From Nemertoderma westbladi (Eukaryota > Animalia > Xenacoelomorpha), in contig JAUCBJ010008390.1 of NCBI GenBank assembly GCA_032718475.1, forward strand, positions 1-51,349: a stretch of 51,349 bases of DNA, given 5' to 3'. Shown piece by piece: positions 13,201-24,167 of this stretch. Position 1 is the first letter of the stretch. Each line of letters begins with the position of its first letter. The position numbers were made by a program, and so were the translations under genes. The notes beneath the pieces are model-generated. The model did not search any database and was not told the origin of the DNA. It worked only from the letters and a program-made list of their open reading frames with translations.

Positions 13201-16200
13201 CGTCACAGCCCCCCTCCTCCCGAGGGGGTACCGGTTCGATTAATTTGGCAACTCTAATTGCGTCACAGCCCCCCTTCTCCCGAGGGGGCCCTGGTTCGAT
13301 TAATTCAGCAACACTAATTGCGTCACAGTCCCCCTCCTCCCGAGGGGGCACCGGTTTGATTAATTCAGCAACTCTGATTGCGTCACAGCCCCCCTCCTCC
13401 CGAGGGGGCACCGGTTCGATTAATTCAGCAACACTAATTGCATCACAGTCCCCCTCCTCCCGAGGGTGCTCCTCACAACCCTCATCCCCCCGAGGGGGCA
13501 CCGGTTTGATTAATTCAGCAACACTAATTGCGTCACAGTCCCCCTCCTCCCGAGGGTGCTCCTCACAGCCCCCCTCCCCCCGAGGGGGCCCTGGTTCGAT
13601 TAATTCAGCAACACTAATTGCGTCACAGCCCCCCTCCTCCCGAGGGGGCACCGGTTCGATTAATTCAGCAACTCTAACTGTGTCACAGCCCCCCTCCTCC
13701 CGAGGGGGCCCTGGTTCGATTAATTCAGCAACACTAATTGCGTCACAGTCCCCCTCCCCCCGAGGGTGCACCTCACAGCCCCCCTCCCCCCGAGGGGGCA
13801 CCGGTTTGATTAATTCATCAACTCTGATTGCGTCACAGCCCCCCTCCTCCCAAGGGGGCACCGGTTCGATTAATTCAGCAACACTAAGCGCGTCACAGTC
13901 CCCCTCCTCACGAGGGGGCACCGGTTCGATTAATTCAGCAACACCAAGTGCGTCACAGCCCGCCTCCCCCCAAGATGGCGTCGGTTCTACTAACCTTCCC
14001 ACTGAGTGGTTGTCGCTACCATTCATTTTAAACAACAATGTCAATGGGCTTCAAGGTAAACACGTTATTTTGTGTGAATTAGTTGTACTATACAATAATG
14101 TGACTGTGGTTACAATACAAGAATCCAAACTGCAGAATGATGTATCAGATGGTAGTATTGAACTGGACAATTTCTATCTCTTTCGGCATGATAGAGACCT
14201 ATCAAAATTTGAGGAGAATGGTGGTGGTGGTCTGGTTACATATGTGAGCAAACTATGGTGTAATACCAGACCCACCATGGTTACCTCCATTTCATCACCT
14301 CATATAGAAGCTTTAGGTGTATTATGTCGTCCAAGATATCTTCCATCACAGTATAGCTGTATCATCATTATCAATATTTACATACGGCCTAAGGCAAATC
14401 GAGCAATTTCGAGAAAAGAACTTCGTAAAATGATGAGCACGATCATGGTTTCGAATCCTAGGGGCTTTTTAATTGTGATTGGAGATGTCAACCAGCCGAA
14501 ATTGAACTACTTAGACTCCCTGAATTTAGTGAATATGATTGATGAACCCACTTTCACTTTCACTCGCTCAGAATCTCAGTTGGATGTCGCTTACGTCACT
14601 GCAGCATCCCCTTACAAATGTTTAATAATTGCTCCTATTGGTAACTCAGACCATGGCCATAAGACTATTCTACTTAAGCCTAAAATTGACTGTAGGAACA
14701 TCTATAAACCAAAATCATGTTACAAAAGAATTCAGGTTTTTAGTTCGGACAAAGTTGCTGAAGTGCGACAAGTGTTTCACGAGACAGACTGGAATATTTT
14801 CTATGATGAAACCCAGAGTCTAGATGAAAATGTAGAAACAACTGAAAGCTATATAAAGTATGTAATTGATCGACACTTACCCTTGACAAATATTAAAACC
14901 AGGAAGTTTAATATGCGGCAGCCGATCAAGGGTATTAGGGAACTAATGGAAGAAAAAAGGCTTGCTATTGTGAATAGAGATAATGCCAAGCGAAATGAGT
15001 GCCAGAGAAAGATTAATAAATTAATATTTAACAAACGTTAATCAGATTTTAGCAGTATGTCAAAAGATCAAATATATAAGCTATCAAGCAACTGCCTCAA
15101 GAACAAACATAAAATTCATACATTTGATGCGAAAGAAGTTGAGAGTCTAAATGAGTTCTTTACTAGGTTTAATGAAGACGTGGACAAAGATGAACCAACG
15201 TACAAAGGAGTTAGCTATGAGAATAATGTGAAAGTCATTGAGCCTCTTGAAGTTGAACATCAAATCCGTAAATTGAAATCAAATACTGCCCAAGGAAGTA
15301 GCATTATATCATCAACTTGCTATAAAACATTCGCTAGGGAACTTTCAATACCATATGCCTCCCTTTTTAATGGCAGCTTTCAACTCCAAAAATATCCTCA
15401 AAATTGGAACTCTGCGCTAACATCTGCTTTACCCAAAAGACACAACTCATCTATCTCAGATAAAACGAGTTTCAGGCCTGTATGTGTTACTCCACTAAGC
15501 TCAAGGATCCTCGACAGGATTGCACTAGGAATTTTCCGTACTGCAACAGTAGATAGCGATGACATCTTCCAATTTGCGTACAAAAAGGATTATTCAACTG
15601 CGGATGCAGTGCTTTATTTATTACACCAAATTACGGGAGCACTAGACAAAAGGCACACAATCGTAAAATGCCTATTCATAGATTACTCCTCTGCTTTTAA
15701 TACTGTACTGCAGAACAGATTCTTGAACAAACTGTTAGACGAACTGCCTACAGATATGCGCTGGTTGGTGACTTGGTTACAGTCTTATATGAGTAACTTC
15801 TCTCAATGCGTTAAATCTGGTAGAATTATATCTCCTACAATAACTCTAAAAGTTGGATTTCCTCAAGGTGGTCCTCTAAGCGGTCCATTGTTTACGAAAG
15901 ATACAGATGAAATTAGAGAAGAAGATGGTTCCCTTGCCAAGTATTCTGACGATTCTCGTTGCTTGTACTCTATTAGTTGTTCAAAAGATAATGATAAATA
16001 TGAGCTAAGTATTAAGAAAATTGTAGATTTGTCATTAAAGAAAAACTTGAAGCTGAACACAAAGAAGTCTGAGGAACTGTGCTTCATTCCAATAAATTTC
16101 AAAGACTCTAAAATCGTAGATATTGCAAAGGAAAGGATTACAATTGGGGGTAATGTCGTACCACGACCAGCTGTGGTGAAACATCTGGGAGTGTGGATAT

Positions 16201-16688
16201 CAGATAATATGTCATGGAAAATCCATGTCTCTAACTTAATAAAAAAAGTTAACTACATAGTCCGCCAGTTCAGCTTCTTCATTCGGTTTGCGAGTAAAAA
16301 GACTAAAATATTTCTATTCCAAACGTACATTGCACCACACTATTTGTACTGTTCTGTGGCTTGGGTCCCTCTTACACCATCCAGTCTAAGAAAGAAGCTG
16401 CGTAAACCAATATCACTGTACGCAAGGCACTCTAAGATAGATAAACATGTGTACTTAAAATATATTAATGACGCATTCTCCACTCAATTTGTCAACATGG
16501 TTAACAAGATTATGGCCACACCCCGACACCCCTTACATGATTTTATCATGGCCTCCAAGTCAACGTCCACCTCAACTCGCAGCAAATACACAATGCCAAA
16601 CGTTCGTACGAAATTATTTCAGAACTCATTTGCACCTATGGCCATACGATACCTTATTAGTAATGAGATGCCGTTATTTTTCGACTGA
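10227..16688 (+). CDS. LINE B ORF2: ~1240-aa S/T/P/G repeat, APE endonuclease, RT, with one in-frame TAA at 15039-15041
   Basis: EN motifs NVNGL, IQES, GGG..YV..WC, CRP.YLP, GDVN, LD, SDH from ~14020. RT motifs FRPV, QFAY, FIDYSSAFNT, GFPQG, KYSDD, HLGV. ORFs 10260..15041 and 15057..16688 are in the same frame. Confidence 0.85.
10268..13975 (+). repeat. 60-bp minisatellite (about 60 units plus 30-bp half units) inside LINE B ORF2
   Basis: Unit CGTCACAGCCCCCCTCCTCCCGAGGGGGCACCGGTTCGATTAATTCGGCAACTCTAATTG, with a 7-bp stem CCCCCTC/GAGGGGG in each unit and a 780-bp higher-order duplication. Confidence 0.98.
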
Positions 16689-17449
16689 GTTAATGTCCAA
16701 TGTTTATTATTTAATTTCTTATATCATCTATACTTAATGTAATTTTATTTAATTTGTCAAAGACTTTATACTTATTACTTACTTACTTATTTAGCATGTT
16801 TTAATGATGCATTTGGTTTTACTATTCCCATTTACATTTTATCTATGTACAGGAATTAAAACAATATAATATAATATGGATATCAGTGGCGGTGCTGAAA
16901 ATATTACAGATTAATTATTATAGATTAATGCAGTAGGATAATTCAAAGTTGGCCATCGCGAAAATTGAGAATTATCATCACTTGCGCCAAATAGTAGGTT
17001 CTGTCCATGTGCCTGTGGCACTAGTTCCCTTGATCCAAAAATTAAAATTTTGGTATCAAACTAAGTTTGGACCCATTTGATGACATTTGATGCATGCAGG
17101 AAGTTCTTTCTTGGGTCATTGATCTTTCATGAATGTGTTATATTGTTATAAATTAAATTGTGGTGCATCGCGAAGGCTCAAAAATTCAACCCCCTTGGGA
17201 TCCGTCAAGATATCGATGAAATTTAGAGAAATTTTTTTGCCTTAATTTTTGACCATTTGGCAACTTTTGCGCACCGGTAGAACAACGAAATCGAAAAAAA
17301 GTAAAAAAACGCACCGCCCTACTGGCTATGCTTCGAATGGTAGATCTACAACTACAACATACTGCTGTAGTGACATTGGAAATGCCTAGGCCTGTAGGCA
17401 TACTGGCATAATCAGAAAATTTATAATTATTCCTGTATCCAGTAGCGTA

Positions 17450-19285
17450 ATGTATCCGGTACAGTTGAAAAAGTATCCTGAAGATTTACCACAACCCGGT
17501 AAAGGGCCGATCACTGCTGCAGAACTTAATAAAACCTCTAAGACTGAGACTAGCGAAGAAACTGGGTCGTTCGATATAGTTAAGGCCACGCAATATGGCG
17601 CCATTGATCGAGTTAAACAACTGATCGAACAAGAATACGATGTAAATACTCCGGACACGGAAAATGTTAGCCTTCTCCATTGGGCTGCGATAAACAATCG
17701 TGTAGATTTGATCCAATACTTCGTTAGTATCGGAGCTATTATCGACCGGAAAGGAGGCGTTCTAGACTCGACATCCCTACAATGGGCCTGTCGCCAGGGC
17801 AACCTTAAGGCCGTCGTTAGTTTAATCCAACACGGAGCCAACCTTTCTGTCTGCGATAGCGACGGTTTCACTGCGTTGCACTTAGCTAGTCAGTTCGGCC
17901 ACGCATCCGTAGTCGGATACCTGTTGGCCGTGGGTGTCGATCCCAATTCCCGCGACGGAAAGGGCATGACGTCATTAATGTGGTCCGCGTACCGTGTGAC
18001 GTCATCCACCCCATCCAGACTGCTGATCGCTCTGGGGGCCAACGTGGACGCCCGTGACACCCGTAATGGCTACTCGCCGCTGCATTGGTGCGTCGCCGGT
18101 AAGAATTCAGTTACCATGTCCGTGCTGCTGAAGGCTGGAGCCTCCGCGAACGCGGTTAACGCAGAAGGTCGCACTCCCTTGCAAATGGCGAAGTTCAATA
18201 GCGACTATTACATGGCGCGTTGTCTAGAGCAACACGAAGAGTCCCTAGCAACGCGTAATCCCTGGAATATAAACATCTACAGTTCGAGTTTCAGAAATAA
18301 AACCTCGTTTTGTTTGCCTTTCTTCGCTATGTTCGGAATCGGAGTAATATCAGAAATCGTTAGCAACTATCTCATAAAGTTACTTTTATTCATTTTTCTT
18401 TATTTTCTTTCGGTTTTTATCATAAAGAAAGTTTGTCTCGATAAACTGGTCACTGTCACTCCAGTTGGAATTTATTTAGCAACAAAGTTGTTCATGTATT
18501 CCACATGGTTCTTATTCTTCTGGCCTTACGTTTACAATCTTGCGACACAAACTATCTTACTAATATGCACCGTAGGAGTGACTTATTTCTTCTACAAGTC
18601 GGCTACTTTGGATCCGGGAATCATTAAAACCAACCCGGATATACGTAAACGCGATATCCGACAGCTGGCTGAGATGGACCTCCTGGATTCCGAGGTATTC
18701 TGTTCCACTTGTCTCGTGCGTAGGCCGCTCCGCTCCAAACATTGCCACTTATGCGACTGTTGTGTCACCAAGTTCGACCATCACTGTCCCTGGGTCTACA
18801 ACTGCGTCGGCTCCAACAACCACTTCCATTTCCTTTGGTACCTAATCACGTTACTAGCCGTAATAACGATATATATTTACGGGGCTTTTAGCTATTATAT
18901 AAGGGAATGTTCGTTGGACGTTGTGACTGATAAACTTTCTATAACCTCGGGTAAACTCTACCAATGCAACGCTTGGGTTAACTGGATTACCCTCAATGCG
19001 GTTGTCCACCTCCTGTGGGTCTCCACTCTCCTTGGATTCCAGCTGCATCAAGTTGTCTGGCTGGCGGTAACAACCAACGAACGCTTCAACTATTACCGTT
19101 ACCCGCACTTCAAGAAGGATTTATATAGCAGTCCGTTTCAACGTGGAGTTTTGCGTAATTGTTCGGATTTTTGCGGCGTCTCCGTCTGCCCTTTACTTCC
19201 CTCGCCATTGTATACCGATTGGTCCCAGATTCATAGTGTAAATGACTTACCCCAACACTCCCCGAGTAGGTACTTATCTGTGTAG
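17450..19285 (+). CDS. ZDHHC17: Palmitoyltransferase ZDHHC17/HIP14-like (ankyrin repeats + DHHC), intronless CDS, 611 aa
   Basis: DIVKATQYG, LLHWAAINNR ankyrin repeats, TM helices, DPG, FCSTCLVRRPLRSKHC..C..CV.KFDHHCPWV.NCVG..NH, TTNER. Confidence 0.95.
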   Translation: MYPVQLKKYPEDLPQPGKGPITAAELNKTSKTETSEETGSFDIVKATQYGAIDRVKQLIEQEYDVNTPDTENVSLLHWAAINNRVDLIQYFVSIGAIIDRKGGVLDSTSLQWACRQGNLKAVVSLIQHGANLSVCDSDGFTALHLASQFGHASVVGYLLAVGVDPNSRDGKGMTSLMWSAYRVTSSTPSRLLIALGANVDARDTRNGYSPLHWCVAGKNSVTMSVLLKAGASANAVNAEGRTPLQMAKFNSDYYMARCLEQHEESLATRNPWNINIYSSSFRNKTSFCLPFFAMFGIGVISEIVSNYLIKLLLFIFLYFLSVFIIKKVCLDKLVTVTPVGIYLATKLFMYSTWFLFFWPYVYNLATQTILLICTVGVTYFFYKSATLDPGIIKTNPDIRKRDIRQLAEMDLLDSEVFCSTCLVRRPLRSKHCHLCDCCVTKFDHHCPWVYNCVGSNNHFHFLWYLITLLAVITIYIYGAFSYYIRECSLDVVTDKLSITSGKLYQCNAWVNWITLNAVVHLLWVSTLLGFQLHQVVWLAVTTNERFNYYRYPHFKKDLYSSPFQRGVLRNCSDFCGVSVCPLLPSPLYTDWSQIHSVNDLPQHSPSRYLSV

Positions 19286-20286
19286 CAGTTAGCAAGATTA
19301 TCAGCGCACCCCTGTCTCTTAAAATTAAGGGAAAGGAACAGGTTCATAACAGGACGGGCTATTCTAACCAAAACAGTAAACCAGAGTTTAATAGTCCAGG
19401 TTACAGTTTCATTCTTGTTAGTAATATATTCTGTTATTTGCGTCGATTTACCAGTGGTATTTGTATCCAAGGGTGTAATTTTTCCATCTTTATTTTTATT
19501 CAATTATCCATATCAGTTATACTCATAGGTAGTTTCATATTCGTTTAAAATTCCAATATAATTATTAGATTTCTTATCGCTGTCCGAATACCGGTAGTAG
19601 TATTGCTATTAAAATTTCGTAAAATTCTCGTATAACAATTATGTCATAAAATGTTGCGTAATAATATTTGGTTTGTTTATAATTTATATTATTGTAATTT
19701 TGTTAACATTTGATATTGTTGTGTATCCAATTCATACAATGTTATAGCAATCACAACGCACCGCAATGCAACAAATCAATTTTGTATTGAAGTAATTAAT
19801 CTGCCGTTGTGTATTAATAATTATTCAATTGTTTTATTATTAACTAAGACTTCATTAAACAACACTCATCGTAAGGGGGGTGTTCGCTTTGTCCTATTTT
19901 GCGCCCTTTTAATTTAATTATTATATATAAATTTTTTGAATTAAATATTCTGGAAACAATTTTGCAGTGCGAGTGGGCCTATGCCTAACACAGATATTAA
20001 TTACAGTTTAATTTCAGGAATGTTATTTTATTAAAATAACACGAAAACATTCCTTCTTGACTTTCGATGACACTTCTCTAATAAACTTTATTTTACAATT
20101 TAATATATGTTGTTACCATAAAGAAACACTCCATACGATAATCACCTATATAATTTAAACCGTTCTCGACTAATATAGGACACCTTTCTTCTATGGTTGG
20201 CCCCATACGATGGTACTTTTATTTAGTCTCAACAACAATTGCAGGTCCCGGAGCTGTAGATGTTGCATTGGAACGGAATACTATAA

Positions 20287-20400
20287 GGGGCCATCCATAA
20301 ATGACGTCACGCTGGACACGGGGGGAGGGGGTTTCGTATTTCGCGACGATTTGTGACGAGGGGGAGGGGGGGGGTGTGTCCGCAATATCGTGACGTCACA
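20287..20400 (+). mobile_element. Possible MITE left end (Harbinger/ISL2EU-like)
   Basis: TAAGGGGCCATCCATAAATGACGTCAC followed by G tracts and an inner inverted GTGACGTCA. No matching right end found. Confidence 0.4.
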
Positions 20401-20638
20401 TTATAAGTTTCCGATAAAATTACTGTATATTAAATACATAATGTGTCTACTTGTATACTATTAAACGTGTTTACTATTAAACATTACCTCTTCCAATGAT
20501 AACCATTCAAATGTTACCTTACGACCTCTACTGCCCTTCCATAATTGGTAAAATTAGAGAGTGTGTTTGTAAATCTTACATCCCTTCATGGTAGCGGTAG
20601 TTCCAAAATCCGTTTTGATTATCAATCCCCAATTCGAT

Positions 20639-21180
20639 TACTACTAGGATCGGCATGCTGCATTGCAGCTGCATTTTTAGGAATGCTGTGCCGGCTTGTC
20701 GACAAAATTGCGCCGCCACAACTCCCTATCGCCCATGACATTTGCTAGATCATCCGCATCTTCAAGGCCAGTGTCCTTTAAGATGCGTCTCAAGAAAGTC
20801 ATGGGCTGTCCACCATGCTTATTCACTCCATGAGGCTGCCAAAGTACAAGATTATGCACTGGCTGGTCCTCACGGCGAAAGCAATGTCCTGCAAAGTGGA
20901 GGTGAGTTTGTTCTAGTGTCAAGCTTGGGGGAAACAACGAGACACCTCCGATTTTATATAGTGTCTAGTTGGAGATGTGTGCATTGTACTAGACACAATG
21001 AACTCGGCGTAGCATTCTTGTGAATGTACCATCCAGAGATTTGGTGTCCTCAGCAGTTAGAGCCCAGCATGGACTCCCATAGAGGAGTACTGGAACTACT
21101 GCTGCTCTAAATAATCGGACCTTAAGTTTCCGATTAATTCTCGGTGACTTCCAAATCCTGGAAAGCCCATTCAAGGCTGC
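20639..21180 (-). mobile_element. RTE LINE copy 2, 3' part (split by the BEL insertion)
   Basis: Near-identical reverse complement of about 2807-3346. Confidence 0.92.
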
Positions 21181-22381
21181 TGTTCGCGCTTTCAGACCTT
21201 TGGCAGTTTAACCCGCCAAATTAGGATGTCTTCTAGATAATAATTCGCTTTTAGCCTATGACAAGTATTTGATTCACTACACTAGTCGAAACCAATCTGT
21301 GCGCGATCATTCACCCGCTGGATATACCCGGGAGATTGGGTTCGACGGCTTAATCGTATTGCTATGTAAGCCTAATGTATTATTCGACTGACAGTATTAT
21401 ATAATCTCTGACAATATTATTCACCTTCGGGAAATATTAACAGTTCCTTTAGGACGTGGCGCTCTACCTATATAAACAGAGTTATGACTTAAACTACTCA
21501 CAACGATATGGCTTAGTTATAATTCACATATATGGCGCATTCTTTAGGAAATGCTTCGTTATCAGGCTCACTCATACACAATGCTGCACAATACTGCACA
21601 CTGATCTGCCGATCTTCACTGATTTTAGTCACATATAAAAGGAACACGGACCGAATCATGTAGGGTCTATCAAATAACATTAGATTCACTTCAAACCACT
21701 TTAACATAAGTCACAATCGTTATATGTAACCTTTCTCTCTTACCTTCGGTATATCAAGAATATTGGGTTTTCGGGGTTATTTATCGTTATTCCAAATATA
21801 ATAATTCATCAACCATATTATGAAGAACCGACAGTAAATAGCAGTATAACAGTTTAAAGTATGCACAGTGTTACACAGTATGCAGTGTCAGTAAGTAAGG
21901 TTTGAGATAACGGATATATGTCCTTATAATTAAGCCTACTAGTGTTAGGCTAAAACAGAAAAGCACAAAATATTCCCAAGCCGCTCTCTCCTGGCCCAGG
22001 ACAGAATGTAAACACTGCACCTAAAGCATTGCCTGATTTCTAGGAAATTTCTCTACAAGAGCCATAAAAATGCTCTGATTGGCTGACTGAACTGAGAGAT
22101 GCCGTAGAACAAAGAAAATCAACACGTATGAATATCAGCTGTTAACCGACGTCATAGTAACTACTGTTCAAGAGTAGCTATCACCTTTTGCGTCACGGAA
22201 TTACCATAGAATCATCAACTATGCCTTTCACAGTACACATACAGAGGAAATAGCTCTTAGATCCTCTAAAAAACACCGATACAGCAATAATACGGTCTCT
22301 TACACCTATTAAATCAACTACAGAGTATTTTAATGTAAAAGATAATAAAAATAACGGGGCAATTCAGCAAAGGCTTTTACA
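21181..22381 (-). repeat. 3' LTR of the BEL element
   Basis: Direct repeat of 35865-37065. Preceded on the sense strand by a short purine-rich tract GGGAGCGG (22382-22389), the putative PPT. Confidence 0.97.
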
Positions 22382-23283
22382 CCGCTCCCAGAAAATGGGA
22401 TTTTCAGTCTATAAAATATAAAAATCACAGTTTCTAAAACATAAAGATACTCTAAACAGTTAGTTTTCTTTGCGCGGACGGCGTTTACGCAGTTTCCCGA
22501 GGCTAGCCAGAGTCCTTTTCTCCTTAGGGCGAGCCACTTTACTAGGAAGGCTATAACTCCTGGGTAAAGGGTGCAATACAATTGCATTAGAAGGTTTGGG
22601 TTTACGGTCGGTGTCTCGTCCAGTTCGATATGCTTCTCCTCGAGCTGATTTTCCTCCGCTTGTCATGGGATACGTTCGTCCAAAACTCTCGCAGAGAATA
22701 GGGTTTTCTAAGCTTGATATCTTCTTAGAGATTCGAGATTTCCCAATCGAACTGAGATAAGGCTAATTCGTTTATCGATTGGACTTACTGTTATAACTTA
22801 CGTTTATCTGAACAAACGCAGATTTCTTTTTTGATATTTATAGAATAGCGTTTAACTCGTTTCGTAGAACGCTCTCCTTCACCTTGATGAAGGGTTGTAT
22901 CGCGTTAAACGGGGACAACCATACGGTTGGATAGTGATATTAGGTGTCCGCGTCACAATCCGGCTAGGTAAGATGGGCGGCTAGCTAGAAATCACTGTCG
23001 GAGTGTTACCGATTAATTGTTAGGGTAGCACTAGATCTTTGAACAGTGAATACAGTCCGCGAGGATCCGCGACACCACCAGGATCGCAGGTCTGAGGTCC
23101 AACTAAGGAATGAGGAGGTTTGACCGAGTATTCCGGGACTCTGATCGTAGGTTTACTCCAGGATCGTTCGAGCCGAGTGAGCATAGGTGATACGTCAAAC
23201 AAGTTTCGCTCGAAACTCCAGTAAATATAACGAGCACAACTGTGTTTAACACAACGTTTCCGTGGATGTTTATGTCTTTCCGT

Positions 23284-23814
23284 TTATTGGCTGGGTCTAG
23301 GGCATTTATCGTAATAATACCAAAGACGCACGTCTTGAAGGGGAAACGCGGGTGATCGCTCTCCAGTTTTACAATATTCCTCCATCTGTTCGAAGCTATC
23401 TGGAACGACAGGTAGCGGTCGATCGGCGGTAAGATACATCATCGTAAAATAGAGCCGTTTGAGTTCCATCATAGGGTCTGGATGTATACCTTGAGGATAT
23501 CGAGTTTCGAGGTTTTGTTGACTGGCAATATTGAGATAGGTCTCTCTTAGGAATTCTAGATAGTCGTTGAAGTCGCGACGTTTATCAGGTTCTTCAACGT
23601 CTTCCCTCTCGAGTCTGTTTCGAATAGAGTTCTCGTGTTCTATTCTCGATTTATCGTTTCGACTCCGCTGGGTATGATATTTAAATAAATCCATTTCCCT
23701 TTCGGTGTCTATATCGTTGGTGTCGTGTAAATCAATAGGATGACCAGTAGTCAAGAAGTCCATATACGTACCATTACGATGCGTATAGCGAGCGGTGAAT
23801 TTTCCATAGTCCAA
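23284..23814 (-). CDS. Orphan extra ORF in the env position of the BEL element (176 aa, possibly 224 codons from ATG 23958 with one in-frame TAA)
   Basis: Sense-strand ORF, charged and helical-looking, no signal peptide or TM segment, no recognised motif. Confidence 0.45.
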   Translation of the reverse strand: MDYGKFTARYTHRNGTYMDFLTTGHPIDLHDTNDIDTEREMDLFKYHTQRSRNDKSRIEHENSIRNRLEREDVEEPDKRRDFNDYLEFLRETYLNIASQQNLETRYPQGIHPDPMMELKRLYFTMMYLTADRPLPVVPDSFEQMEEYCKTGERSPAFPLQDVRLWYYYDKCPRPSQ

Positions 23815-24059
23815 TTCACGCGTAAGTTACTTCCAGGAAATCGTAGGTTCGACATAACGACCATCATCCTCCGTAGTAGTTGGACTAGTATCACCGCGTA
23901 TCAAGCTATCAACAAACGCTTGAAAGTAGAGTATATCGCTCCCTGATACCAAGACCATCTTCTATCAACTCCGTCATATCTGCTATATATGAGTTTATTA
24001 ATATTATAATGAGTTTATATTTAGGCTAGCGAGCGTCGCTGCCTACCCCAATCAGCCCC

Positions 24060-24167
24060 CGGACAGTGCGAGATCCTCAGCGCCGATGTGTCGTCGCCGC
24101 TGTACTTTCGCCAACGACGTAGCCGCACAACGACAACGACAACCGGCACAAGTCACTCCACTGTCCG
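24060..24167 (-). ncRNA. Predicted long RNA hairpin in the BEL 3' non-coding region
   Basis: 25-bp upper stem with 6 G-U pairs and one bulge, plus a 9-bp basal stem CGGACAGUG/CACUGUCCG. Folds fully only on the element's sense strand. Confidence 0.6.

Larger units (their letters stand above)
9944..16873 (+). mobile_element. 5'-truncated non-LTR retrotransposon 'LINE B' (Rex-Babar/CR1-group-like) inserted into LINE A
   Basis: ORF1 remnant, EN and RT, AT-rich 3' UTR, (AATAT)n tail, probable TSD ATATGG (9938-9943, 16874-16879). Confidence 0.85.
6759..17321. mobile_element. hAT-type foldback element (about 1.4 kb native) expanded to 10.6 kb by nested LINE insertions
   Basis: Ends TAGGGTGGTGCG / CGCACCGCCCTA, 8-bp TSD CTGGCTAT (6751-6758, 17322-17329). 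Left arm 6759-~7430 is inverted relative to a right arm split into ~7520-7797 and 16924-17321. Confidence 0.85.

Noticed and set aside
10214-14044. Minus-strand PREEGGCDAIRVAELIEP ORFs, or a mucin-like host gene
   Set aside because: These are antisense readings of the 60-bp minisatellite. The plus frame is continuous with the LINE endonuclease.
21456-21707. Small ORFs in the LTRs (also 36140-36391)
   Set aside because: 60-64 aa, no motifs, and duplicated only because the LTRs are.
23944-23952. TGGTATCAG on the sense strand, resembling a tRNA-iMet PBS
   Set aside because: It is only a 9-nt match about 12 kb from the 5' LTR, so it cannot be the element's PBS.
24074-24112. Hammerhead ribozyme (CUGAGGA and CGAAA present on the sense strand)
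   Set aside because: Stems II and III cannot be formed around the motifs, and a simple long hairpin explains the sequence.
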